Source: Mobula hypostoma (lineage: Eukaryota). Taken from it: DNA of 64,000 bases. Positions 23,149-36,058 of this stretch are shown piece after piece. The stretch covers positions 147,624,001 to 147,688,000 of the forward strand of contig NC_086097.1 of the NCBI RefSeq assembly GCF_963921235.1. Direction: 5' to 3'. The position numbers and the translations under genes are program-made. Position 1 is the stretch's first letter. Each line of letters begins with the position of its first letter. The notes below the pieces were generated by a model. That model was given only the letters and a program-made list of their open reading frames with translations. It ran no database searches and was not told the DNA's origin.

Positions 23149-26097
23149 CAGGGTTTCTCAATTGGGGATCCATAAACACCTAAGGAAGTCAGAGGTTCCT
23201 CAGGTTTCCATGAGAGATTGTGATTAAAAAAATAAATGTTTTTGACCTTCACACAATGCTGGTGCTCGCAGTGGTGGGCAGTGACTGGGCAATCTCCTTG
23301 GAGGTCTCTCAGCCCAGTATGGCAGCGTGCAGTCGGATCTTGTTTATTTGGTTGAGTCCATTCTCAGTTTTTGAAGCAAGACAGGGCAGGCCGTTGATAA
23401 TTGGTGAGCACTGTATTGCACAAAGGGGAGGATGGAAGGCTGATAAGGAGCGTGAAGTGTGTTTTCTGAGCATTGAATGGACTCGCCTATTTTTATATTT
23501 TATTTACCCCTGTGTTTAACAGACATGCCTGATGCTCCAATGTGATGATTTTTGAATTGCTATCTTCTGAGTATTTTTCACTGTACTAGTGCAACAACGG
23601 ACACAAGAACAGTCTATCTTTACAATGAAAGATACTTACCAATGGGTTTTACTTGAACTAGTGATCCAAGTTTTCATATTCCATTGTGCCTAGTGTATTG
23701 CAAACAACTTACAAATGCAGCAGTGGCTCCAGCAAAATTGAAAAGACAGTTAACTACAAATCACAGCCATTTGACACATAAAAGTGCTGATTATTTTGAA
23801 CAGCTTTTGGAATCTTAAACAAGAGTAAAGCTTTTGTTGATAAAATTACAGTCAGTGAAAAGATACAGGGAGCAAGTTATTTAGTAGTAGAATTTATTAC
23901 CCAGAAAAGAAAAAGTCACAGAGTTGGTGAGAACCTAATAATGTCAGCATGTAAAGTTACTGTGGGTAAAATGCTAGGACAGGATACTGTACGAGAAATT
24001 GAAAAGGGGTTTCATGCTCAATGATGATAATGACCGGTTCTTTACTTGCGAAGATCAGGAGGGAAGAAGAGTCCTCGGGACGATGACACGATCACTGGTG
24101 CCTGTAGAGGACAATTGTGGATCTGCAGACTCGAGAGCTATATGGACTCGGAAACAGCTGGGATGCAGGTGCTTGGCAGTAGGATTCTTCCTGCGTCTCC
24201 TCTTCTCTTCAGCAGTCACTCTTCTGGATTCCTCAACATTTTTGGATGTGCCATGGATCAGCACTCTCCAGCAGCCTCTGTCACAAGCCACCTGCTGCCT
24301 CTCAATGATCTTGATATTTGCCTGAGAGCAGCTGCTTAAATTGGTCTGTGTACCTCTTGTGCTGGGCACCACAATCTCTCTTGCCCTGAGAAAGTTCTTC
24401 ATAGAGTACTGCTTTTGGTAACCTGGAGTTATCTATGCAAGGCATGTGGCCTGGCCAGTGGAGCTGCCTGAGCACCAAAGTGGCTTTAATGCTTGGAAGC
24501 TGAGCCTTCTCTAGGACCTCGTTGTTGGAGATGTGAACCTGCCAGCTGATATCCACGATGGAGCAGAGGCAGTGCTAAATGAAGCGCTGAAGCAAACGGA
24601 TTTGCTTGCGGTACAAGACCCAGGCTTCGGAGCTGTATAGCAGTGTTGTGACAACTGCAGCCTTGTACACCTGGATTTTTGTGGACAGATGCAGCTGGTG
24701 GTTCTTCCATACACATTTCTGGAGGCGTCCAAAGACACTGCTGGCTCCGGCAAGTCGATTGTCAATGTCCCTTACTACTGTAGCATCTTTGAAGATGACC
24801 AGGTAGATGAACTCCTCATCCATGGTGAGAGGGTGGTCGTCAATGGTGATCCGAGGTGGGTTGTAAACGTCACGTGGGGGCTTCTGATGGAGGATCATTG
24901 TTTCCTTCAAACTGACCATCAACCCAAAAGCCCTTGCAGCTTTGGAAAACTGTGACTGCAGCCTGTAACATGTCCTCTGCATGCGTGAGAAGAGCACAGT
25001 TGTTCGCATATAATAGCTTGAGAATGGGCGTCTGGTGTTTGTTCAGGCGAGAAGGTCACCACTCTGAAACAGTATGATCAATCGACGTATTGATGATATG
25101 TGCCAAAGAGGTTTTGTCTGATAAACTGAAAAACAACAGCTTCTCTATCCAGTTTGATGAGTCAATACATTTCACCAATAAATGTCATGTTGCAGCATTT
25201 GTAAGATTTGTAAATGATGGTGAAATTCAAGAAAACTTCATCTGTTGCAAAGAGCATCCCAAAACCTGCAAAGACCAAGACATATTTAATGTTTTGTCTT
25301 CAAATCTGGAAACAAAAGGTCTATCTTGGTGTCTGTACTGATGGTGCCCCATAAGTTGCTGATGTCAAAAACTCTTGGAGATGAAATGTTTGACAATTTG
25401 TTTAAATGATTTTTGTTTAACAAGCATCAAGAGCAAGAATAGAGATCATCTCATTTCAGTTGAAGGTGAAATCCGTGTGTACTTATCCTCAAGTTTGACC
25501 CAGAATTGAGTATTAGTGCAGCAAAAAACAAGTACAGATTTCATATGCTAGGCCTATCTTTGAGCCTGATCATGTCACTTTGTAAGAAGAGGTTTTTTCA
25601 AAGGCTTGTGTAAAATTGTGTCTTAGGTTATATTTTCATTCTTATTGCTTTGGCTTATGGTTTTCAGTAATTTTACTATTCAAAATTGTAAATAAATTTT
25701 CATGTTGTAAATAGCATTAATTAAAATCAATTTAAATTATTTAAACTAAATCTACCGAGCCTACCTTTAGAAAAATTAAATCCCATTTTGGCTTAAGCCA
25801 GTTATTTAACATTATTTATTATGTTTGCCTTATGAGTTTTTAAAATGTATGAAAGGAAAAGAAAGAGATTAATTTCAAGAAAGGTAAACTAAGCCGTTTT
25901 TTTCAAGAAAGTTTGGCTAAAAATTCATTCTCTACTCAAAACAGTATTGACATTACTTTTGGATTATTATATCTACAACTTGCTGATCATGTTAATGTAC
26001 TGAGAGCTGTAGATTTAATAATTTTTATGCAGGGGTTCCCTGAGACCTGAAAATTATTTCAAAGGTTCCTCCGGGGCAAAAAGGTTGAAAAAGGCTG
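23149..26097 (+). mobile_element. Internally deleted hAT (Buster/Charlie-type) transposon
   Basis: CAG...CTG imperfect TIRs, perfect 8-bp TSD ATCTATGC (23141-23148, 26098-26105), transposase remnants PAKLKRQL and FSIQFDES..AFVRFV. Confidence 0.9.
24010..25056 (-). mobile_element. RTE LINE 3' fragment inserted in the hAT transposase
   Basis: DIDNRLAGASSVFGRL..TKIQVYKAAVVTTLLYSSEAW and RLPKAVLYEEL motifs. Confidence 0.88.
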
Positions 26098-26870
26098 ATC
26101 TATGCAGTTAAATGGCACAGAATCCAGATTTCTACATCTTGTGTAAAACTTTTGATTCCCTAATTTCACCTCTATTTGGCCCACTGATTTTAAGTTGGAG
26201 CTACCCATTAGAAGAATTCGTCCTGAAGAAGTGACTAGGCTCAAAATGTCGACTGTTTCCTCTTTTCCTAGTTGCTGTCTGACCTGCTGAGTTCTTCCAG
26301 CATTTTGTGTGCGTTGCTTTGAGAAGAATTAGTTGCTCTGTATTTATTGCATCAAATACTTTATTATTTTAACTACTTCAAAAATCAGCTTGTAAATAAA
26401 AAGGACTGAAAAATAAGTTAACAAAATCTTTTTTCATATTCTAAATCTTTCACCTCTGTATGTGCTTTCCCCTCTCTAAAGGGCATATATCTCCATAAAG
26501 TACGTTGGCCAAAGCTGAATGCAGCACTCCATAAAGAAACTCAACAAACTTCTATAGAGGAAGCATCATTTTCTACTATGAAATAATAGAACAATTAATT
26601 CCTCCAAAAGTGGTTAATGCTAGCCTAAAACTAAAAACCTGTCAACATAAAATAATTTGTGCAGTAATACATTCTGCCACTGGGTGTCAGGAAAATATAA
26701 TATACTGCCTTTTGATGTCAGAAAGTTTAGTTGAGGTAACTAAAAAAAAACTGCACATACTTAGCACCCTTAATGGCATTAGGCCATCCTAATGAAGGAG
26801 GCACATGGCTTCATGGGAGATGTGAATAGTTATTGTCACTTATGAAGAAATTATATTCCATATTGTAAGT

Positions 26871-28028
26871 CAGTGGTCCCCAGCGAGAAACCGATATGAT
26901 TTGGCGATACGAGTCAGCTGCACCTTTCCTCATTCCCTGTTACGGTCACTGTTGAGCTTGAACGCACGCAAGGTCATTACCCACGCGTCATCCATGTCAG
27001 CGCGGGAAGGAGATCAACTCCTCGAGCTTGCAAATGACAGCGGGCTGAAAAGTATGTTTGACATAACACCTCTGCCGGCATTCTGGATCAAAGTCAAGGT
27101 TAAATATCCTGAGATAACCACGAATGCACTGAAAACGTTGCTTCCATTTCCAACATATCTCTGCAATGAATGCAACGAAAACTAAATTGCGGAATAGACT
27201 GGACATAAGGAACCCCCTTCGAGTATCGCTGTCTCCCATTACCCCTCGATAGGACCGTGTTGTTGCAGGGAAACAAGCCCAGGGCTCCCACTGATTCAGC
27301 TATATTGTTGTGTTGCAATGGTTTTATATGTTCATATGGGGAAAATATGTGCTGTGTGTTAAATATCCAAACATTACTTAAAATGTTATGATGCTATTGA
27401 CTAATATAACAATATAACCATATAACAATTACAGCACGGAAACAGGCCATCTCGGCCCTTCTAGTCCGTGCCGAACGCTACTCTCACCTAGTCCCACCGA
27501 CCAGCACTCAGCCCATAACCCTCCATTCCTTTCCTGTCCATATACCTGCCTGATTTTTCTTTAAATGATAATATTGAACCTGCCTCTACCACTTCTACTG
27601 GAAGTTCGTTCAACACTTACTTCAAGCTCCCCTGATAATTGACTTATCGCTATATTCATGCGAGGAAAATTTGCAGTGTGTGTTTAATATTAAATTCGTC
27701 AGATAAACCCTTTTAGAAACGAAGTTGAGTGTATTAGCCACTTATCACCTATATTCCGGCTGTGATTAACACCCCTCCCGCTGAACAGAATCGCCATAAA
27801 TGATTTGTAGAAAAAAATTGTCACGTACACGCATGCGCACTGGTGCCTGTGCAAGGCATCATGGTCATTGTAGTCTTTCTTGGGGTAAACACAACGTATT
27901 TGACTGATACTCTTGTCCGTTGGCAACCCTACAACCCCCCCCCCCCGCCCCACCCCAGGTCGGCCGGTCCGCAAGAATCTTGTCCATATGAAACCGATCG
28001 GCAATGCAAAAAAGGTTGGGGACCCCTG
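26871..28028 (+). mobile_element. Composite non-autonomous hAT element, copy 1
   Basis: CAGTGGTCCCC / GGGGACCCCTG termini, perfect TSD TTGTAAGT, transposase C-terminal remnant FWIKVKVKYPEI..ALKTLLPFPT. Confidence 0.92.
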
Positions 28029-28039
28029 TTGTAAGTCAT

Positions 28040-28420
28040 AAACACCAGAAAGTCTGCCAATGCCAGAAATACACATCAACGCACACAAAATGCTGGAGGA
28101 ACTCAGCAGGTCAGGCAGCATCTGTGGAAATTAATAAACAGTCGATGTTTTAGGCCGAGGCCATCCTTCTTCAGGACTGAGAAGGAAGGAGGAAGACACC
28201 AGAATAAAAAGGTGGGATGAAGAAAAGGAAGCTAGTCAGAAGGTGATCGGTGAGACCAGGTAGGTGGAAATGGTCAAGGGCTGGAGGAAAGGGAGTCTGA
28301 TAGGAAAGGAGAGTGAACCATCGGAAAAAGGGAAGGAAAAGGAGACCATTGGAAAGTAATAGGCAGGTGAGAAGAAGTAAAGTGTCAAAGTGGGGAATTG
28401 AGGATGGAAAGGGCAGAGAA
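28040..28420 (-). mobile_element. Older Penelope-like terminal fragment
   Basis: PLE terminal motif ATGCTGGAGGAACTCAGCAGG with a degenerate hammerhead. Confidence 0.75.
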
Positions 28421-29653
28421 GCATAAGACCATAAGACAAAGGAACAGAAGTCGGCCATTCGGCCCATCAAGTCTGCTCTGCCGTTTTATCATGAGCTGAT
28501 CCATTCTCCCATTTAGTCCCACTCCCCTGCCTTCTCACCATAACCTTTGATGCCCTGGCTACTCAGAAACCTATCAATCTCTGCCTTAAAGACACCCAAT
28601 GACTTGGCCTCCACTGCTGCCCGTGGCAACAAATTCCATAGATTCACCACCCTCTGACTAAAAAAATTTCTTCGCATTTCTGTTCTGAAAGGGCGCCCTT
28701 CAATCCTTAAGTCATGCCCTCTCGTACTAGACTCCCCCATCATGGGAAACAACTTTGCCACATCCACTCTGTCCATGCCTTTTAACATTCGAAATGTTTC
28801 TGTAAGGTCTCCCCTCATTCTTCTAAACTCCAAGGAATACAGTCCAAGAGCGGACAAACGTTCCTCATATGTTAACCCTCTCATTCCCGTAATCATTCTA
28901 GTGAATCTTCTCTGCACCCTCTCCAACATCAGCACATCCTATCTTAAATAAGGAGACCAAAACTGCCCACTGTACTCCAAGTGAGGTCTCACCAGCGCCT
29001 TATAGAGCCTCAACATCACATCCCTGCTCCTATACTCTATTCTTCTAGAAATGAATGCCAACATTGCATTCGCCTTCTTCACTACTGACTCAACCTGGAG
29101 GTTAACTTTAAGGGTATCCTGTACGAGGACTCCCAAGTCCCGTTGCATCTCAGAACTTTGAATTCTTTCCCCATTTAAATAATAGTCTGCCCATTTATTT
29201 TTTCTGCCAAAGTGCATAACCATACACTTTCCAATATTGTACTTCATTTGCCACTTCTCTGCCCATTCTTCCAACCAATCCAAGTCTCTCTGCAGACTCT
29301 CCGTTTCCTCAGCACTACCGGTCCCTCCACCTATCTTCATATCGTCAGTAAACTTAGCCACAAAGCCATCTATTCCATAATCCAAATCGTTGATGTACAA
29401 TGTAAAAAGAAGTGGCCCCAACACGGACCCCTGTGGAACACCACTGGTAACCAGCAGCCAACCAAAATAGGATCCCTTTATTCCCACTCTCTGTTTCCTG
29501 CCAATCAGCAAACGCTCTATCCACGTATGTAACTTTCCCATAATTCCATGGGCTCTTATCTTGCTATGTAGCCTCATGTGTGGCACCTTGTCAAAGGCCT
29601 TCTGAAAATCCAAATATACAACATCCACTGCATCTCCCTTGTCTAGCCTACTA
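28421..29653 (-). mobile_element. CR1 LINE 3' end
   Basis: ORFs 28939-29628 and 28513-28935 carry near-intact CR1 RT motifs; (TCTTATGG)-type tail. Confidence 0.93.
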
Positions 29654-29958
29654 GCAGAACCTGTTTACTGGAAGGAGAAATCGATATTCATGCCATCAGT
29701 TTGGAGCCTGCCTGAGGGTGGCCTCATCTTGCCACAAGAGGAGGCCATGGACCAACATGATAGAATGGGAATGGGAATTAAAGTCCCATTCATCAACACT
29801 GGAAAGCAGCCTTTGTTCTGATGGGTAACTATTTTTTTTACCCCATGTGTGCTTCCTCCATGATTGTCCAAATCTTGACTGACTGAAACTGAAGAGTCTG
29901 CTATTTGTGGAGCCACTTACCAAGAAAGAGAAGCCTGTATACAACCACAATACCCCTA

Positions 29959-30587
29959 ACATCTACGCTCTGTCTGCCAGAGAAAGCAGGATCTCCCAGT
30001 GGCCACACATTTTAATTCCACATTACATTCCCATTCTGACATGTCTATCCACGGCCTCCTCTACTGTAAAGATGAAGCCACACTCAGGTTGGAGGAACAA
30101 CACCTTATATTCCGTCTGGGTAACCTCCAACCTGATGGCATGAACATTGACTTCTCTAACTTCCGCTAGGCCCCACCTCCCCCTCGTACCCCATCTGTTA
30201 CTCATTTTTATGCACACATTCTTTCTCTCACTCTCCTTTTTCTCCCTCTGTCCCTCTGAATATACCTCTTGCCCATCCTCTGGGTCACCCTCCCCCTTGT
30301 CTTTCTTCCCGGACCTCCTGTCCCATGATCCTCTCGTATCCCCCTTTGCCTATCACCTGTCCAGCTCTCGGCTCTATCCCTCCCCCTCCTATCATTTTGC
30401 ATCTCCCCCTCCCCCTCCAGCTTTCAAATCCCTTACTCACTCTTCCTTCAGTTAGTCCTGACGAAGGGTCTCGGCCTGAAACGTCGACTGTACCTCTTCC
30501 TAGAGATGCTGCTTGGTCTGCTGCGTTCACCAGCAACTTTGATGTATGTTGCTTGAATTTCCAGCATCTGCAGAATTCCTGTTGTTT
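29959..30587 (+). mobile_element. Penelope-like 3' fragment
   Basis: Endonuclease C-terminus, 3' UTR and hammerhead terminus. Confidence 0.9.
30454..30489 (+). ncRNA. Minimal hammerhead motif, core intact
   Basis: AGTC CTGACGA AGGGTCTCGGCCT GAAACGTC GACT. Confidence 0.72.
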
Positions 30588-31139
30588 ATCCCTATTATCC
30601 ATACTCACTTCCCTTTGTCCTATGGGGTAAAGTAGCATAAAGCCAATGAATCCATTAACAAACAGGTGACGATACAAGTGGATGCAAAATTTTAAATTTA
30701 TGGAGGAGAGAGTGCCAAGCTTAATGGGAGTGGTCAGTGCAGAGTCCATTCCCAGAGGCGTACAAAGGTCATTAAAATGAATTTGTATCATATCCATGAA
30801 ACCTGAATGGGGACTGTCATAAGGGGAAGAAAACATGAAAATACTAAAGGAAAAGTAGGGATTAAGGAATGCATGTTGAAAAGGGAAGGGCAATAGCAGG
30901 TGCCTGGCCTTAATGTGTGTGGTGGGAGTGTATCTGCATGTGAGAGATATCAGTTTTAGAGTGAGTGTGAGTATGTGTGTCTATATGTCTTCACATCTTT
31001 TACAATGTTTCCTGCTGCAATGTTGCAGCAGACCTCCAGTCTGTCTAATCTGAAGGACTAAGTTAAACTTCTCAAACTCTGTCAAAGCCACTCCAGAACA
31101 TCGGTCAGCCTGACATCAATAATTGAGCTGCAATGTAAA

Positions 31140-32215
31140 AATACAAAGCTCCATTTAGTGGAAAAGTTCTAACTCCAAAATAAAAGTTATCTATCAATTT
31201 GGTTCCACTATAAAACAGTCCCTCCAATATATGGGACACAGAAACATGAAACACCTTCCATATCCCTAGAATCTCTGCTCACTGAAGAGATACATTGATG
31301 ATGAAATTCACCATTGCCTTCAGTACACCAGCCAACAAAGAAAATGAGTATTTCAAGATCAAAGCCTCAAACTTAGTCCAAAACTCATGATTGATTGATC
31401 AGCAATGACCCTTGTTCTCCTACAAATTTCTGATTTATGAAACACCTACAACAAAATATTAGTAAGATATCACCTCTGAAGGTGCCTTGAAATCTTCCAA
31501 ACCTACAGGATGGCAGTCAAGTGCCAGAGTCTTCTCCTAGGCTAATATCACTAGCAAGGACCCCAAATGCTTCCAGTAACACATCTTTTGTATGCTTGAA
31601 ACCAAGCTCCCAAAGCAGACACTTTATTCCAAACTCTGTCATGGGAATGAATTACCAGATAGTCAGAAACAATTGTTCAACAGCATTCTCAAAGTGTGAT
31701 CGATGACCATTCAAATTGGTGAAGAAGTGTTCAGGTAAGCACTGAAGTCATCAGTGTGGTGGGAGAAGATCCACATTCCTGACAAACTACTTACCAGCTG
31801 CCAGATCAGGCACTTTATGTTCATCTGCGGTGATTTTCTCGTATCCCCTTTTGCCTATCACCTGTCCAGCTCTTGGCTCTATCCCTCCCCCTCCTGTCTT
31901 CTCCTATCATTTTGGATCTCCCCCTCCCCCTCCAACTTTCAAATCCCTTACTCACTCTTCCTTCAGTTAGTCCTGACGAAGGGTCTCGGCCTGAAACGTC
32001 GACTGCACCTCTTCCTACAGATGCTGCTTGGCCTGCTGCGTTCACCAGCAACTTTGATGTGTGTTGCTTGTCAGAACCGATATTATTTTTTTAAGTCAAG
32101 AGAAGATAAAGCCTGATATAACACCATCAGTCCAAGAACTGCCACCTACTGGATTACTTCATACTCAAAATAATGTATCAAATGGATGCTTCCATCACTC
32201 ACACCATGGTGGGTA
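31140..32215 (+). mobile_element. Highly decayed RTE-like LINE, interrupted by a PLE terminus at 31830-32070
   Basis: IDDEIHHCLQ-like remnant and nucleotide resemblance to an RTE 3' end. The PLE part is clear; the RTE part is weak. Confidence 0.55.
31969..32004 (+). ncRNA. Minimal hammerhead motif, identical to 30454-30489
   Basis: Same 36-nt sequence. Confidence 0.72.
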
Positions 32216-32859
32216 TCAGTGATTGCTAGAATGAAGGACACTTAATCTGGTCCGGCAGTTCCATCAACCAGATCCCTAACAGTGATGACAACAGGAATGC
32301 TGTAGATGGAAAATCAACAGTGATAGACTGGAAGGTGTTGCAGACAGTACCTCAAGAATACCATGAAAATTCCACAAAGCAGAATCTATATTGTTTTCCG
32401 TACCGGGCCTTTCCTGAAGTATACCATCATTAACAACTATGAAGTACTTAATTGTAAACGCAAGGTATTCTTGTGCTAATAGCAGTCATTTAACAAAAGC
32501 AAAAGTAACATATACCGGCAGACAGGTGCCCAATTAACTATTGCCAGGCGACCTCTCTGGCAAGGCTATGTTCCTTTCACAGTTTACACTCGTTTTCCGT
32601 GTGTTCCCAATGATGAATTTATGGGTTCTCAACGACATCCCAAACTCCATTCTGAGCAGCCACGAGCAGGGGTTCCCCTGAGTCCGTGGGGAAATTACAT
32701 TTGTTTTTCAAAGAGTCTTTGCGTACTTCTTGAGCGTCCTCTCGGTCCAATGCACACACTCTTGCCGCGAAGAAGCTGGAACAGAGAGTGTCTGTATCAG
32801 AAGTGCCAGACATATATAAAAAAAACAATGCGGTCTCCTAATGGAGTCATTCGAATGTA

Positions 32860-33395
32860 ATTTAAACTCGATCTGCGAATGTTGGCCTGGGATATGATGT
32901 TGACGTTAGTTCACTAATTTTGCCAATGGAACTGGCCCGCTTTATTCAAAAATGAAGTCATTCAATGTCATTTCATTCTTTACAGGACAATGGCCCTTTA
33001 ATTCGCCAATTCAATGATGTCATCCTTTAGTTTGATGGGCGGGATCCCAGTGTGCAGATCGGCCCCTTCACCTAATCTGACGCCAGCTTTCCTTCAATTG
33101 GATGTAAACTTCCTATTTGACGCGTTGCTAAGGGTAACTGCACACTCGATTGGCTCATCTGGCTGTTTGTCAACTCGGTAAAACTAGGGGGTGGGTTGCA
33201 GACATCCGGGTGATGGGATTGTGTGTCCCATAGCAGAGTCCGAGGTGGACGGTGCTGTGCGTTGTCAGAGTGGATCAAATCACGACCAGAGCCTGGGAAG
33301 AGGTGGACGGAGTGCATACCGGGGTCAGACGTTTATCCTCCCTTCGGGCTCCTTCACTGTGTTCATTTAACTTCAGTGGTGGAGGCCGGTGTGGT
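32860..33395 (+). promoter_or_regulatory. RHPN1: CpG-rich promoter and 5' UTR region of RHPN1
   Basis: Repeat-free with retained CpGs. GC box GGGCGGG at 33038-33044 and inverted CCAAT boxes (ATTGG) at 33097-33101 and 33149-33153, immediately upstream of exon 1. The transcription start cannot be determined. Confidence 0.7.
33124..33138. promoter_or_regulatory. RFX X-box motif GTTGCT-AAG-GGTAAC
   Basis: Imperfect palindrome fitting the GTNRCY-N(0-3)-RGYAAC pattern, between two CCAAT boxes about 260 bp upstream of the ATG. Confidence 0.6.
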
Positions 33396-33449
33396 ATGAC
33401 GGAGAGCGGAGTGGAGAGTGAGCTGCGGGGGGATGGCAGTATTCGCAAG
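33396..33449 (+). CDS. RHPN1: Rhophilin-1 coding exon 1 (MTESGVESELRGDGSIRK)
   Basis: ATG at 33396 in a CpG-rich region, 18 codons, then a phase-0 AAG|GTAAGA donor. Joined to exon 2 it reads DGSIRK-GCDP, matching the rhophilin N-terminal pattern. Confidence 0.85.
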
Positions 33450-36058
33450 GTAAGAGTGGGCGGGCGACGGGCCGCGTTTCTAAGGATACAGACACCTGTC
33501 AGCGGGCAACGCGTGCAGTTTTGGGATAGAAATCAGAGCACGGAGAGTGCAGAATGGTTTGCAGTGATCTTACACTTTCCGAGAAGTGAATGCATACTGC
33601 ATTCCCAGGCTGCATATGATAAAACGAAATATTGGAAACTCAAAATTAAACGATATTAATGTTGTAAATATTCTGGTCATTTTCATGTAGATTTTAAAAA
33701 ATGGTTCAGACCAATGGCTTTTCATTCCTAAGAGCGAAACAAGTGGGGAGTAGTTTGCGTGACCGCTCGAACCTCATCGGCAAGGTTATGGCTAACCAAG
33801 TACTTCCCAGCACGTTCCTGTTTGATTTAGATATCCTCAAATTTCCAAGCAGTCCTTTGATCTCAGTTTTGAAAATTCGATGTTAGCGCGTTTGTTAGCG
33901 TTCTCTACCCTTCAAGGTAGAGAATTCTCAAAGGGGACTTTCTCCATAAAGTAATTCACATCATGCAGTGAGAAACAAAATAAAGCACCTTGTTGAATCC
34001 GTTTTGACCATCCTAATAATCTTAAATGATCAAAAGTAAGTTTGTCATCAAAGTACATGTATGTCACTATATACAACCCTGAGATTCATTTTCTTACGGA
34101 CATTCGCAGAAAACACAAGGAAAAACGATAGTATCAGTGAAAGACGGTACATAACAAGATGACAAACAACTAAGATGCAAAAGACATCAAACTGCAAATA
34201 CAAAATGAAAAAAAAAGGGGGGGGAATGCAATAAGTAAAGAGAACATGAGATAAAGAGTCCTTGAAAGTGAGTCCATAGATGTGGGAACTAATCTGTGTT
34301 GAGGTGAGTGAAGTTATCCCATATGGTTCTAGATTTGCCTGGTAGTTGAGGGCTTGTTTGTCCCATATCCAGTGAGTACAAATGCTAATTTCTCCCCATA
34401 GAGCAATCTCTTAATTTCCAGAACTAATCCAGTGAATCTACTGCACCTACTCCAAGATGAGTCTATCTCCTTTTTAGTTAGGCAGGCTAAAATTCCATAG
34501 TACTCCATTTGAGGTTCCACTAAGTTTCTTTACCCCCAAAATCTTCATACCAGAATGGAGCCAAATCTACAAGACATTGGGAAAACGTTCAAGCTCAATT
34601 GTCTCCACTCTGGAACTAAAGTCATGCCAATTTTTGAAATAAGAATGGAAAATTCTGGAAATGCTAAGCAGGTGTGGCTGTGGGAAGAGCAACACAGTTA
34701 ACATTTCAGAACAAAGACCATTCATCAGAACTGGGGAGAGAAAGTGAGCTTAATCTACAAGGAGGATGGTTTGGAGAATGTGCTCATGCGAATAAACTGA
34801 AAACAAGGCTCTGGAATGAATGGGAGCAGTTAGGGTGAATATTCTTGCTTGTGCTTATAGTGTTTCCCTGGGGTCACCCTAATCTTACCTAATCAGAGAC
34901 ATTCTCTCCCTTCAACCTCTCAGCAGCTTAACAAACTTCTTTAATCCATTTCCCAGTTCTCATGAAAGATCCTTGATCTGTAATGTTCCTTTCCCTGCTG
35001 CTGCAGCCTGACTTGCTCAGTATTTCCAGCGTTTTCTGTTTTTCTTCTGGATTTTCAGTATCTGCAGATTTTCAAAATGTCACCCCACTTTTGATATTAC
35101 ATGTAGCTCAGTATTTCTATATTCAGAAGTTTAAGTGCTTCCCCACATGCAAATAAGAGATTGGACTTACACTTGGTATCTGCAGAGGAAAAGTTGTCTG
35201 CCAACTTTCCTATGCTGAATCTGTCCTGTGATGGAAAGATACACAAAGAGGACCTGTAAAATATGCATCACTTCCCATGTCTTGAGAGTTATTTCTCAAC
35301 AAATGGAAACTTTGGTATAATCCCAGAAGAAGTGGCTGATGTTGCTTTGCTTATTGGGCTGATGGATTTGGAAGATTTTGCAGAGGCAACATTGGTGGCA
35401 TTTCTCTGGTGCACTGGGGTGGTTATTATTGCTAGCCCATGGCTCTGAAGTAGGGATCACAGCTGCCTGGTGAACCATGATTGTGAAGCCTTGAAGTTTA
35501 AATACTTCTCTTCAGTTGGCTAAAAACTGCTGGCTGAGCTGGAGAGGTGACAAATTTAAATTCTGATATCTGGCTTCACTGACAAGTGGCTGCATGTATA
35601 CGCACAGTGGTCCACATTTTCCAGGGTCTCTTTGTGGGCCATTTATTTTCAGAGGTTGGTGTTGAAAAGCAGAACTGAGTTAATGTAGACCCCATGTCTT
35701 GCTAATGTGAAGTGTAAAGCTCGCCCAGTTATATGCTTCAGTGAGTGTGTCAAGGATAACTTGAATTGTAAGAACATGTCACATTCCAAAAGACTTTAAA
35801 TATAGATTTGTGGGATGGGTTAATAAATATTGAGGGATTGTTTTTATAGCTTACTGTCAATAACTTCATTATCAAAAAATAGATTGTATATTTACCTGGT
35901 GTTTACAATAAATTATAAAAAGTGTTTGAAACCTCATCTAGTTTATGCAATATAAAACGCATAACATTCAATAACCAAATATCCTCCCTTTTTAACAAAC
36001 AATGCAATGCAAAAGAGAAGTCAATAAACTAATTGGAAAAACTATGAAGAAAAATATG

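Noticed and set aside
3100..30820. Possible minus-strand exons of a divergent neighbour gene (splice-like pairs near 3100-3163, 3661-3736, 16132-16222, 29920 and 30613-30817)
   Set aside because: The peptides match nothing I recognise (no TOP1MT-like motifs) and the phases tested do not chain into an open frame. A non-coding antisense transcript cannot be excluded without RNA data.
33252..33659. 135-aa ORF as a stand-alone gene
   Set aside because: It is RHPN1 5' UTR, exon 1 and intron read-through, with a non-ATG start.
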